The notes beneath the pieces are model-generated. The model was not told the DNA's origin and searched no databases. It saw nothing but the letters and a program-made list of their open reading frames with translations. Position numbers and translations under genes: made by a program. A DNA stretch of 64,000 nucleotides, from positions 1,408,001-1,472,000 of the forward strand of contig CAWGMQ010000005.1 in NCBI GenBank assembly GCA_963823665.1, given 5' to 3'. The DNA comes from an uncultured Planctomycetota bacterium (GTDB lineage Bacteria > Planctomycetota > Planctomycetia > Isosphaerales > Isosphaeraceae). Each line of letters begins with the position of its first letter. The first letter of the stretch is position 1. Shown one piece after another: positions 8,871-21,200 of the stretch.

Positions 8871-9137
8871 GCCCTCCATTCGATCAGACCCAATTTCAGT
8901 CTGATTCAGACGCCGGCCAAGAACCGCAGCATCGAGCCCAAAGCACGAAGCGTCTCCCCTCCCAAACAAATTTCAAGCGAGCACACGCGTTGAGCCGGAC
9001 CGCCCGGATTGATACCCGCTCATCCCGAAAGACAATATCTTCGAACGGATAGCATTTGGTCTCGGCGATTTTGGAACGTCCTGATCAGTCAGGCACCCTG
9101 GAGCAATCAGAAGTATGATCCGTGTTCGATCAGCATT
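8871..9137 (+). repeat. ~265-bp non-coding direct repeat, copy 2
   Basis: See copy 1 at 8101-8367. Confidence 0.9.
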
Positions 9138-9462
9138 CCATCAGTGGCCAAGCTCTCCGACTGCTTTCCTCTTCGATTTCTTGATTGTCCCGCCCCTGTG
9201 GCTCCGATCCGTGCCCCGCAATCCAAACGTCCCCGAGACCGCCCGTCCGAACCATCCCTCAGGAATGTGAGCGCCCGTCACGGCGCGCCCTACGACTCGA
9301 AGCAGCCCTATCACAGCGAGCCGTTAGCCCCCGATGTGGACACGGACGCAAGAGATCGCCAACGGAGCGCGGGCAGTAGCCCGGGAGATGAGTATGATAG
9401 AGAGAGAAAGCGGCGCACGAATCCTTCAATAAAAACCTGGGCTGAACGCTGGAGTATGATCG

Positions 9463-9638
9463 ATGCCACGACCCAGAACAGAGACGAAACCACCCACCCG
9501 CACGAAACAGCCCGCCAGCACTAGAGCAATCCCAGGCGTCGAGGCCTCTCCGGTCCGTGCGCACGAGTGGCCCGAGGTGCTCACCCTGGCCGAGGCTGCC
9601 ACCTACCTGCGGGTCCCAGAACTTGAAGTGGTCCGCAT
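9463..9638 (+). pseudogene. 3'-truncated HTH_17 (excisionase-type) DNA-binding protein
   Basis: GGAG RBS. EVLTLAEAATYLRVPELEVVRM stops mid-domain where the REP-like motif begins. Confidence 0.75.
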
Positions 9639-9666
9639 GGGGAGGGAAACAGGGACGCGATGAGTT
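9639..9666 (+). repeat. REP-like motif GGGGAGGGAAACAGGGACGCGATGAGTT
   Basis: Variant of the 3009/3926/5508 motif, same orientation. Confidence 0.85.
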
Positions 9667-9811
9667 CGTCTATGAATCTAACCGCTGGATGGAATCCGCG
9701 TAATTAGCTTATTGCCTCGGTCGCCATCCCGCCGACGGATCGGTTCAGGAAAAATGGTGATTTCAGCCCCTGTTTTCTTTACAATGAAGGGTAATTACAC
9801 GATGTTCACGG

Positions 9812-11077
9812 ATGGGGGAATTGCCGTACGGGCGTCTCTCATTGCGGAGGTGGCATATGCTGGGCCTTGAGTATCTGTTGCTCTTTGGCGTCCCGGGCAA
9901 TAAATGGGAACTGATCGACGGCCGAATTCGCTGGGCATTCCCGTTTCTTGAGCGAGATGTTGCTGAATCGCACTTCGAGGCCTGGACGGAAACGCTCAGT
10001 CGCTGGCAAAACGCCGGCGCGCTCCAGGCTCACTCGACAACGACCGCCAACGGATCGCCCAAGCAGATCATCCAGTTCAACGGCATCGAGATGGGGCTCT
10101 ATCCAAAGCCGATCGAGTTGCGAATGCCCGTGGACTCCGAGGTCTTTGATGCCCTGTACCCTTCATTCTGGTGCCGCGATCTCTGGCCGGGCCAGAATCC
10201 CGGCTGCGAGACCGGATGGGAATGGTCTCAACGACATCATGATGTGCAGCTCAACCTCTGGAAGCTTTTCAGAGAGTTCTGTCACGTTTACGGAGGCAAG
10301 CAAAGCGGCCGCGTGGCAATCGCGCTCGATGACCGAAACGCCGTCGAGCCGGACCAATACTACTTTGCCTCGCCACGCAGCGAATGCATGATTGAGAACG
10401 ACTACTTCCAAGGTGTTCCACCACTGATCGCCGAGGTATTTTCCCCGGCGGGCCGAGCACTCGACGAAGGCGAGCGCATGCAAGTCTACCGGCGGGCCGG
10501 CGTCCGTCACTTGTCGCTACTCGATCCTGAGGCAGAGACGATCGATGAATACACGCTGGACAAAGGGGCGTATTCCAAGACGGGACGATATCAAGCAGGA
10601 GAAAGCTTCCAGCCGGTCGCGTTTCCCAAGGAATCTGTCGCGGTGGACGCACTCTTCGATACTCAAGAAAAGCGTCACGGTTTCTCGCGGTCAGAGACGG
10701 ACCTGGAGCCGGTGCCGCCATGGTTGATTTCCCCCGAGAAACGGGTCGGGCTCGAGGCATTGTTTTTCTTCGGCCATCCCGAGCGCCGCTACGAGATCTG
10801 GAACAACCGTGCACCGTGCATGTTAGCTTTTGGTTCCGTTGAAGAGGCGCAGGTGCGATTCCGGCATTTCCTCGACGAGATCTGCCGGTGGGAACAAATG
10901 GCGCTGGCCGAGCCGAGCTCGATCGAGCCCGGCATCGATATCGCCGAGGTTGGGCGCTTTCGGCTCATTCGACGCGGGACGCTCGTCCGGTTAGACGTCG
11001 CAATCGACGCCCGAAACTACCGCGAACTCTTGCGCGTCTGGAGCAAGCGGGAGGCATGGGATTGGGGCGAAGAATGA
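9812..11077 (+). CDS. Uma2-family endonuclease with duplicated flanking domains
   Basis: Central AVEPDQYY...PPLIAEVFSPAGRALD...YRRAGVRHLSLLDPE. The N- and C-terminal segments resemble each other. Confidence 0.8.
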   Translation: MGELPYGRLSLRRWHMLGLEYLLLFGVPGNKWELIDGRIRWAFPFLERDVAESHFEAWTETLSRWQNAGALQAHSTTTANGSPKQIIQFNGIEMGLYPKPIELRMPVDSEVFDALYPSFWCRDLWPGQNPGCETGWEWSQRHHDVQLNLWKLFREFCHVYGGKQSGRVAIALDDRNAVEPDQYYFASPRSECMIENDYFQGVPPLIAEVFSPAGRALDEGERMQVYRRAGVRHLSLLDPEAETIDEYTLDKGAYSKTGRYQAGESFQPVAFPKESVAVDALFDTQEKRHGFSRSETDLEPVPPWLISPEKRVGLEALFFFGHPERRYEIWNNRAPCMLAFGSVEEAQVRFRHFLDEICRWEQMALAEPSSIEPGIDIAEVGRFRLIRRGTLVRLDVAIDARNYRELLRVWSKREAWDWGEE

Positions 11078-11140
11078 CCCGAGGGACGGCGCTTCGTGTC
11101 CCGGTCGCGCGCAGATTGGGGCTGAATACTCTGTGGATCT

Positions 11141-11457
11141 TCACGCTGCGCTCGACTTGTTTGACTCCGCAGCAGGCTCGCTCGATCTGCCGGTGACACA
11201 AAAGTACACACCGATCATCCCTCCGGCGACCGCGAACAGCAGCAAGAAGAGCATCTCAGCGATCCGGTAGCATCGGGTCAGTCCGTCCGACTTGATTCGG
11301 TTCATGCCGACCCATTCGTCCCAGCGGCCCTGCGGGTCGCTATCGTCAGAGACATGGCACCCTCCCAGAATGCGGTCGGGTTTGCGAGCGCGGCAAACCC
11401 GACGGCAATCGGCACCATCGCGGCCAGAATCATCGCGATCGAGATTCGCGGTTTCAT
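11141..11457 (-). pseudogene. Membrane-protein remnant with internal deletion or frameshift
   Basis: MKPRISIAMILAAMVPIAVGFAALANPTAFWEGAM is joined out of frame to YRIAEMLFLLLFAVAGGMIGVYF. Confidence 0.45.
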
Positions 11458-11474
11458 CGATTTCGCTCGGAGAT

Positions 11475-12224
11475 TTATCGAAATCCGCCTGAAATGTAAA
11501 ACGTTTCCCCCGTGATCCAGGCCGAGTCGGACGACGCCAGGAATACGGCTGCGGGCGCGATGTCTTGGGGCTGCCCGATCCGCCCAAGAGGCGTATGTGA
11601 CTCGTACTGCTTGCGGAAATCGCCCTCGGACAATCCGGCAGCGTGCACACCTTCGGTTTCGACCATTCCCGGATTGATCGAATTGACCCGGATCTGGCGC
11701 GCACCGAGCTCCTGGGCGAGAGAACGCGTGATTGCATCGACCGCAGCCTTCGTCGCGCTGTAAACCGAAGTGCCGGGTGGCGCAGAGCTCGCGACCACAG
11801 AGCTGATGTTGATGATGCTTCCCCCCTCCGAACCGAAATGCTTCACCGCTTGCTGTGTCGCCAAGATCAGTCCCAGCACGTTCAAGTTAAACAACTTGTG
11901 GAAGTGCTCGGACGTGACCTCCTCGATCGGAGCGAATTCATACACGCCTGCATTGTTGACGAGGATGTCAAGATGTCCGAACGCCTTCTTCGATTCGGAG
12001 AAAAGTCGGGCGATCTCCGCCTGCTCCGCGCAGTTTGCCCCGATCGCAACCGCTTTGCCACCATTGCGCTCGATCTCGGCGACGACGCGGTCGGCGCCCG
12101 TCTTGCTACTGGAATAGTTTACGACAACCGACGCCCCCGCCGCAGCCAGGTGCTTGGCGATGGAAGCGCCGATGCCTTTCGATGCACCCGTGACGATTGC
12201 GACCTTGCCTGCAAGCTTTGACAT
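11475..12224 (-). CDS. SDR-family NAD(P)-dependent oxidoreductase (FabG/glucose-1-dehydrogenase-like)
   Basis: TGASKGIG, NNAG, YSATK, INPG motifs; AGAGGAG RBS. Confidence 0.95.
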   Translation of the reverse strand: MSKLAGKVAIVTGASKGIGASIAKHLAAAGASVVVNYSSSKTGADRVVAEIERNGGKAVAIGANCAEQAEIARLFSESKKAFGHLDILVNNAGVYEFAPIEEVTSEHFHKLFNLNVLGLILATQQAVKHFGSEGGSIINISSVVASSAPPGTSVYSATKAAVDAITRSLAQELGARQIRVNSINPGMVETEGVHAAGLSEGDFRKQYESHTPLGRIGQPQDIAPAAVFLASSDSAWITGETFYISGGFR

Positions 12225-12296
12225 GGAAACCACTCCTCTGTTGGTGATCGATATCAACGCAGATATGATAGCGCGTGCGATCCCGGAGGCAAGTAC

Positions 12297-15200
12297 TCAC
12301 CTTGCGGTAAATGTTGCTCGGAACCGTGGGGCCTCCGCCCTCCTCGCGAACGACCGAAGGAGCTCGAATGGTCCGCCGATTCTATTGGACGCAATCGGAT
12401 CGATAACGATCCTCGGCCCGTTTATGGGCGCAGCCGCCCGTCCGCTCATTCCTGCCAATTCGACCACATCGATCGTCACGCTCTTCTTGGTCAATATGGC
12501 GACGGCGTTGCCCCCAGCCTGGCCGTTCTTGTCGCCGTCGATCAACCGGCCGTAGGTGTCCTGCAATCCCGACGCGCCCGTGCCTGAGACCACGAGCTGG
12601 ACCGGTTTCGCGAGCGTGAACGGGCTCTTCGGCGTCAGGGTCACCGCGTCGCTCGCGCTGGCATACATTGCGGACTTGAGCTTGATGATGCCGGCATTCT
12701 TCGCGGTGTACGAGCCCTTCTTGCCGGCAGTGGCCAGGCGGTAGATCGAGGTCTTGTCGGCTAGGGCGGCGTCGACGGCGCCGCTGAAGCTCACCACGAT
12801 CTCCTTGACCTGATGTTTCTTGTTCATCACCTCGGTGACACCGGTCATGGTCACGAGCGGTGGCGGTGGAGGGGGTGGTGGCGGTGGAGGGGGAGGCGGC
12901 GGCGGAGGTGGCGGAGGGGGATTGGTCACGACGACTCCGTCGACCACGACTTTAGGGGCGCTGATCAACCCGTTCAAGGTGATCTGGGGGCCGGTGCCAC
13001 TCTGGTTGTCGTAGTCGCCGGTAATCGTGATCGAAACCGCGGCCCGGATGGTGTTGCCGGCGTCCTGGGTGAAGTTGTCGCCGGCTTGCAGGAACACCGA
13101 GCCGGTGGTCGAATCGATCGACCCACCGCTCGCGACCATGTCGCCTCGGTCGGCGTCGTGAGTCGATGTCAAGGTGATGTTCCCCACCGCGTCGATACTC
13201 TTCGCGATCGTGATCGGGCTCATCGCGGTGATGTTGACAGTGCCCCCAGCTTGCAATCCGGAGGGAGCCGTGTTGGTGAGCACGCCGCCGATGGTCAAAG
13301 CACCGTCGTTCAGCAGCCAGATGCTGCCGGTGGTGGCCTGAGCCTGGATGTTTCCGACCTCGGTCATGAGCGGGGTGCGGGCTGAGCCGATGTTGTCGCC
13401 GGCGAACAAGTACACTCCGTCCGCTTGAATGTTCTCGTTATTCTGGCCGGCGGGGTTCCCATTCAGGATCGAGCCGGCGGCGCTCAGGTCGACGTCGCCG
13501 GTGGCCGAGAATGCGCTCTCGAGGTTCAGGTCGCCGTTCATCTCCGAGATACACACGCTCAGCTCGGCGTTCGCTTCTTCCAGCAGAGCGGTGGGTGCCA
13601 GGTCGATGGCGATCGGGTGCACGCTCGTGCCGATCCCGCCGCTATTGCCTCCTTCCAGGAATAGATTGCCGCCGGTGATGTTGATGCCCCCGGCCGGCTG
13701 GCCGTTCACGATGCCCGCGAGACCCAGGATGCGCACCACGCCGTCCGCATGCCCGCTCGAAACGCCACCTCCGGCGGTCACGACGTCGAGCGTGATCGGC
13801 AAGAGTGCACCCTGGTTCGCAACGTCCTGGCCGGAATCGAGGCAGATGTTCTGGCCGGCGGTCGCGTCCACGACACCGGTGTTTTCCAGGCTGATGCCCT
13901 TTTCAAGGTTGATGGTCAGCTCGACCGGATTAAAAGAAGGATCACTCGGCGACACCTGGACGAGAGTGTTGTTCGGACCGGCGTTGTAGAACGTGACGTC
14001 CGCGGGCTGCGCCGCCGCCAGGTCGAGGGCCTCTTGCTCGGGGAGCGCGGCCGTGATCGGCAACGGGATGGTGTCCTCGCCCGTGACCGTGCCGATGTTG
14101 CCGGAGACGACGAGCGCGACGTTCTTGCCCTCGAGGTTGGGATCGGGAATCGTCTGGACCGTCGACGGGAACAACACCGGCTCGACGATGCTGAGGCTCA
14201 TCGAGCTTTGTAACTGGCTCTGGGTCCACGCCGCCCGCTCCGCCTCGACGTCGACTTCCGAGAGGTAGTTGCCGGTGCCCGTGACGTTCGTGAGCTGGAT
14301 CGGGTCCGGCGGCGTGGCGGTCGCGTTCGCGAAGCTGGAGGCAAGGCCGATGAAAGCAGAGCTGCCCGTGTCGTTGGGGTCGACGATCACGTAGTAAGTA
14401 TCGCCGTCGGTCAAGCCGCCCACCGACCCGCCGCCCGAGTGGTAGACCACGGCCTGCGCCCGTGGTAAAGACGTTTTGAGGCAGATCGATCGACAAACCA
14501 GTCGGGGCCACTTGAGAAGCGCCAAACGTCTGGAAGATCTCGGAGAGAACGTTGTCGGTGCCGGTTACGGTTGAAAGCTCGATATAGGTCGGGTTCAGCC
14601 CGATTGAATTTGCATAGCTCGATGCGAGACCGATCTGGCTCGGATCTGAGCCGATGATCACGTAGTACGTGTCGCCGTCGGTCAGTCCGCTGACCGACCC
14701 GCCGTTGGCGTGGTACACAACGGCCTGTCCAGTCGTGTAGTCATTACCGGGCAGGCTGATCAATTCATTGAACTGAATGTTCCCCGGTCCGAAGGCCTCG
14801 TCGGAGCTGGCGAAAACATCCGAGAGGGAATTGCCGGTGCCGGTGACATTGGAAAGCTGGATCGGGTTCGCGTCCGTGGCATCCTCGTAGCTCGCGGCGA
14901 GGCTGATCTCGTTCGAATCGGCAGGGTCGACGATCGCGTAGTACGTGCTGCCATCGGTGAGCCCGCCGACCGTCCCGCCGTTGGCGTGGTAAACGATCGC
15001 TTGGCCGGTGACGTAGCCATTGCCGGCCAGGTCGATCAAGTAGCCGGTGGAATCGATGTCGGCCGGGCCGAACGTCAGGGACACGCTGCCACCAAGCGGA
15101 GTCTGATTGGCAAAGTACATGTAATTCGGATTGTAGCTGTTGCCCAGCTTGCCGAAGATCGCGTTGTAGCTGCGATATTCCTGGGTATCACCGTTGGCCA

Positions 15201-18200
15201 GCGTGGTGAGGGCGTTGTTCACGAACGCGGAGAGCGCGCTGCCGGAGAGCCCCTGCGAGGTGCCCTGGCTCGTGTAATACGTGGTCCAGGCAGCCAGTTG
15301 CCCGGGCGACAGCGTCACCTGGAAACTGGGGTCGAACACGTTGGGGTCGGGCTGTAGGTCGCGGAACATCCAGTAGGTTTGATACTCCTGATCGATCTCG
15401 TTTTCGTAGGCGCTGATGGTGTCCTCGACGCTGATCTGGGCCGTCGATTGCGTGGCCAGCATGCCCGTCCACTGCCCTTCGAGCTCGCTCAGGTTCTGGG
15501 TGTCGGGTACCGAGATATTGTTGGCATCGATTAGATTTCCGTCGGGAACTTCAACGCGGATGTTGCCCGTGGACGAGTCGATCTTGTCGACGCGCAAGTC
15601 TCCGCTCGACTGACGGACGAAGACGTCGCGGTCTGACGTCACCTCGAGGTTGTCGACGCTCGCGGTGCCGACGTCGACGACGATGGGGAGCGCATCGGCC
15701 GCAAGCGAGTCGGCCGTGCCGCCAGGGCCCAGGCTGCCGACGGAGCCGAACGACGCGGTCAGGTCGAGTGCCCCCCCTTCGACGAGACTGCCCGCATTGG
15801 CCGCGAGAATGCTCCCGTCCGCTGCCAGCGCGACGTTTCCGGTCGTCTGCGACGTGATGACCTGGCCGACCATGATCGAACCCGATTGGTCATCGATGTT
15901 GATGTTCCCGTCCGTCGAGGTCGCGTTCAACGTGCCCAGGACCGGGCTTGACGCGGTGCCGCTGTTGGTCAAATTGACGAGCAGCGGGGTAGTGCCGCCG
16001 ATGCCGGTCGCGGCGGTCAGAGTGATGTCGTTGCCGCCAACCGATCCACCTGCGTTCTCTTCCTGGATGCTGCCATCGGGGGCGCTCAAGCTCGTGAGTT
16101 CCGGCGGCGTTCTCTATCGGGCCATCGATCAGAAGGTCGCCCTCCGTGCTCACGGATACCTGTTGCTGCGTAGCGCCTGCGTCGTAGCCGGTGAAGGTGA
16201 TGTTGATCGGCCAGTCGGCCCGAATGCTGTTCGTGTTGATGTTCTTCTCCGGCGTGGTCGTGACCGTTGTTGTAGTAATAGGTCGTCACGCCGTACCAGG
16301 TCGAATCCTGTGACGATGTTGTGGTGGTCGTGGAAGTGCCGACGTTGATCTGCTGGAACGAGTACGTGTAATCAGCGGAGTCCAGGCCGGTGCCCGGGGC
16401 GACGCTTCGCCAAGCTCGCGTCGTTCGAGGCGTTATCGATCCACTCGCCGGCAAGCAACGGCTCGGACTTTCCGGCAGTCGTGGTCGTGCTGACCAGGTC
16501 GCTCGAGCCCAGATCGACGACCGAGATAAAGAGGATGTCTCGTAGTTATTGGTGACAGTCACCGAAACGGTCTTGCCCATCCTCCCAGACGAACCGCGCG
16601 GTGGCCGGCTGATAGCTCGCCGTGCGGGCGCCTGCGTTCGGGCCGGTAGTACTGCGCCGGCGGCGATACGACCGAAGCCACCGAGCCGTCGGGGTTGGCG
16701 TAATAGCTGTAGGTGTAGACCTGTCCGTTCTCGCGATAGTACTCCGTGACCAGGGGAAGGAATTCCGGGTGCAGTGGATTGGAGACGGACAGCTCTTCCT
16801 TGCCGGTGTCGGTGATCTTCAACAGGCCCGCGGTGCCCTGACCGGTCGATAGGCCGGAAGTGACCAGCGGATAATCGGTGTCGTTAATGACATTGATCGC
16901 TCCGTAGCCGTCCAGGACGTTGATGTTTCCGCTGCCGGTGGAGAGCATGTCGCCATAGAGCTCAACCAGCCCGCCCTGGACGTCAGTCTGCCCCAGGACG
17001 AGCTGGCCCGTCGGGGCTTCGTAGTAGACATCGATGTTGTCAGTCGGTGGCCTCAGGGAGCAAGAATTCCTTATAATCATTGGTGAACAAACCGTTTGAT
17101 GAGACGAAGGATTGTGCGTCTAGCAGATCTCCATTCTCGTAATCCTGGTACGCGGACACCGCGTCGCGAGATGGCGTCCGGCCATGCTCCCGTCAAACGT
17201 GCTCCCCGGGATGTCCGGGTTGTAAAGCGTCTGGAACGTGTCGTCGATCGTCACCTGCTGGTCGGGCTGGCCGCTCTGGATGGTGCCGTCGATGTTCAAG
17301 TACTGGGCGCTCACGAAGACGTCGTTGGCCACCATGATGTTGCCGGTGGCGGGTGCTCGCCAGAACGGCGGCGACCGCCTGCAGCAGCGAGGCGCCGCTG
17401 GAATTCCCAGTGCTGACAGGAGTCGCCCAGCGGCGGATTGGGATTGGCGGCGGCGGCATTGGCCTCGGTCAGGCTCGAGACGCTCGACCAGAGAGTAGAC
17501 GGGGTCGCCGCCGATGTTGTCGATCCCGGGGACGTAACTCTGGATGAAGCTCTCGCCGGCGTGGATGGTGACGCGTCCCGACGTCGATGTTTGCGTTGAC
17601 GACCACGTTACCCTGGCTCGTGACGGAGAGGACCGTCGGCGGGGCGGAGATGTTTCCGTTCAAGTCAATATCCGGGCGTGGTGAAATTGTCGCCTTCGAA
17701 ACCGGCGTTCGCAGGGTCGCTCGCGCTGTATGTGTTGGTGATCGTGATCGTGGGCGCCACGGAGGTGTTGGCAACCTGTATGGTAAACGACGGCGCCGTC
17801 TGGTTCTGATTGACGTCCTCCGATGCGCCGAGTTGCTCGTGACAGTATTCCCGTCGAAGAAGACGGTGCCGCCGGAGCTTTGCGGGATCGTGATCTGGCC
17901 GACGCTCAGGTAGGCAGGGCTGTTGTTGGTGATGGTGATGCTCACGTTGCCCGGCGCGATCAGGCTGCCGTCGCCCTCCAGGTTGTCGGCGTTCACGAAG
18001 ATGGTGCCGGCCTCGGCGAAGATGGGAGCGAGTTTGATGAATGGCACGGCGTCGATCGCACCGGCGTAGACGACGGTTCCGTCGGTCTGCGGTGTAGGCC
18101 AGGCCCAGTTGCGCCAGTTCGAACTCGACCTGCTGGATTTCGGACGTCATAGGCGCTCGACGGCGGCCGATGTCGCCCGCGTAGGCGACCACCAGGTTTT

Positions 18201-21200
18201 CCAGATTCGTCAGCTCGGTGGTCAGGTCGTTGACGAGGTTTTCCGTGTCCTGTGTGAACGAGATGGGGCCGCTCACCGTGTAATCGGTCGGGTTTGCCAG
18301 GATGTCCTTCTGGATCGTGAGCGACTGGATGTTGTCGATGCCGAGCTGGATCGTGCCATTGACGGTGACAGTGGTCGTGGTGTTCACGATGCCGGTGCCG
18401 GTATGAACGTCCGAGGAAACGCCGCTGCCGCCGAACAGGCTGGCCACGCCGCCGGCCACGGCTGTGAGCCAGTCCTTGCCGGTGCCGAACGCGTTGGTGA
18501 CCGCGTTGCCGTTTTGTTCGGCCATGAGGTTGGCGTTGCCGGCCGCCAGGAGCATCGCGCCGGAGCCGACGTTGACGGTATTGGTCTGGTCGACCTCGCA
18601 TTTCGAGACCAGCTCGAAGGCCGGGACGGCCGAGGCGTTGAGCTCGTACGCGTTCGATCCCGTGGTCAGATCGTTGAGATCGCCGTTCATATCGCCGCCG
18701 GCGATCAGGTTCAGGTTGCCCTGCGCCTGAACGAAGGCGCCCGATCCGACGTTGACGGCGTCGTTCTCGGCGATCGGTTGCTTCACCGTCGATCGAGCCT
18801 GGCGAAGCCAGGCCGTAGGTGTGGACCGTCGGCGCCACCGTGAGGTCGGCCGTGGTGCGAGTGTCGAGGTTGACGTCGCCCACCGTGTAAATGGTGGCAT
18901 CCGGGCCGATCTGGGCAGTCGCGTCGTTGGTTCCCGCGTCAATGGTCGAGGTCGCGTCGGAGCCGTCGATCACGCCGCCGGTATCGAGGTCCACGGTGTC
19001 GGAGCCATCGACGTTGTTCAAGGCGTACAGCTCGAAGAGGCCCGGGTTTGTGATGCTGCCGGTGACGTTGATATTGGCGCTTGCGCCCACATCTGCCGTG
19101 GTGTCATTGGCGATGGTCGTCGTGCTCTGGGCGGCGTTGCCCTTGCAGCACGCCTCCTGACCCGGCACTGACGTTGTTCTGGCCCGCCGGCACCAGGTTT
19201 TTCTCGGTCGTGTTCGTCGCCAGGACCTGGAGGCTCTGGGTGACGATCTGAGCGAAGTTGCCGATGTGGGCGTTCACCGTGGAGCTGTCGGTGTTGTTGG
19301 CCCACGAGCCGCTGAAGCCCGACGGCATCGGCCTGGGTCGTATCGGTCTGGCTGTCGAACTGGGCGGTGTGCAGTGCACTGATCGAGAGGCTGGAGACAT
19401 CGAGGCTCGTCCCCGGTCCGGTGTTATCGGCGATGGAGGCGGAGGTGCCGCCCCCGGTGTTGGTGTTTGCCATGGCGGCGGCGCCGGCGACCACGCCGCC
19501 GCTGCCGGCGACCGCCTGGGCGAAGTTGATGTCGTCGCCGTTCGGCAGTGATCGAGAGCGTCGGGCCGCCGCTCTGTTGGTATTCAACCGGCTCGCCGAG
19601 ATAGAAGCTGTTGGGCCCGACGTCGATGTAGCTCGTGCCGCCGCTCTGCGATAGGGCCGTCGCCGGATCGAAGGCAACGGGCGCGGCACCGACCAGATCG
19701 ACGGGGGTCAGGAGGTGGTCGCCGACCGAGAACTCCGGCTGGGAAAGCGCGATCGTGACGGCGCCGCTGCCGGGCTGCGGGAAGGTGCCGCCGGAGGTCA
19801 TGAGCGCGTTCTGAGACGAGCTTGCCAGGCTGATCAAGCTCGGGATTGGACGGATCAGGGACGACGTAGTAGATCGTCCCGTCCTGGAGATTGCCGATCG
19901 GATCGCCTGCGCTCGACGGAGACGTCGGTGCCCACCGTTGCGGTCGTCTCTGCGCTCGACTCGGCGGTCGCCGTGTTGGAGCCGGCCGCGATGATCCCGC
20001 CAAAGTCGCTGGTGCCAAGCGCGGTACTGGTCGGTATAGCTGTCCGCCTCGATGTTAACCGCATTCGAGATGTAGAGCGTCGTATTGTTGGCAATCGAAG
20101 TGGTGACGGTCCCGGAGTCGTTCGCGGTGCTCGAGGTGGCCGTGGCGCCGTACAAGGCGCCGGCCGACCCACTGGCGCTGGCGCTCGCGGTGTCGGTGTT
20201 GTTGGTCGGAAATGCCGCTGCGCTCTGGATCGAAGAAAAATCTCCGACGGAGCCCTCTTCGACTTGGGGGCCGGGAGGTAGTTCGCCACGCCCACGTCCA
20301 GGGTTGCGCCGATGATCGTGGTGCCGGCTCCGCCGGCTGTCGCGGTGACCATCGGCGAGTCGGTCGCATTGGCGACGGATGCGCCGACGCCAAGTTCGCC
20401 CGCGGACACGCCGGTGACGTCTGCGGTGGCCAGGGGCGTCACGTTCGCGAGGACGGAGACCTCGTTGACCGCATCGATCTGACTGCCGCTGCCGGTGCGT
20501 GGCGGTGATCGTCGGGTCGATGGTGGCTGTGCCGTCTGCGCCGTCGCCCGAGACGATTCCGCCCGAGGCCGCGGTGGAGTCGGCCGTCGCGTCGTCGACG
20601 CCGCTGGCGGCGATCGACACGTCGTCGCCGCTGGTCAGGTTGACGTTTGCATCCGAATGGGCATCGGTCGTGCCGGCGTCGGTGGCGGTGGCGATGCTGA
20701 CGCCGACGCCGACGACCCCCAGCCCCGCGCCGATCGCCTGCGCAAGGGCGGTGTCATTCGACGTCGCGTCGAGCGAGACGTCGTCCCCGGCGGTGAGCGA
20801 GGCACCCGTGGCGACACCGGCGTCGACAGTGGCCGATGCCGTCGACGTCGCATCCGAGCCCGCAGCGCCGACCAGGATCGCTCCCGCGCCGGAACCGGCC
20901 ATCGCGTCGGCCCCGTCCCCATCATTCTGATACTGCTGGGCCGTGACGGAGATGTCGTCGCCCGCCTGGAGCTGGGCGCCGGCGTCGACCTCAGCCGAGA
21001 TCGTGGGAGACACGTCGGCATTGGCGATGGACGCTCCCAGCGACGCGCCCGCCGAAACGGCAACGCCGTATGCGCTCGCCGACGCTTCGTCGCCGGCATC
21101 GGCATCAACGTCGATCTCTCCGGTGACGTCGATGTTGCCGGTGATCGAAGCCAGCGACGCTGGGATTGGTCGCGGCGCTGGCGTACACGCCCGTCGCACC

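Noticed and set aside
3009..9666. CRISPR array from the 23-26 bp repeats
   Set aside because: Copies are directly adjacent or 0.15-4 kb apart, there are no regular spacers, and no cas genes are present.
2291..11100. Classical integron
   Set aside because: No IntI, the motifs lack attC RYYYAAC/GTTRRRY ends, and the cargo lies on both strands and is often fragmentary.
17040..17150. AT-richer patch as a foreign insertion in the giant gene
   Set aside because: It translates openly on the coding strand (AYQDYENGDLLDAQSFVSSNGLFTNDYKEFLLPE) with no terminal repeats.
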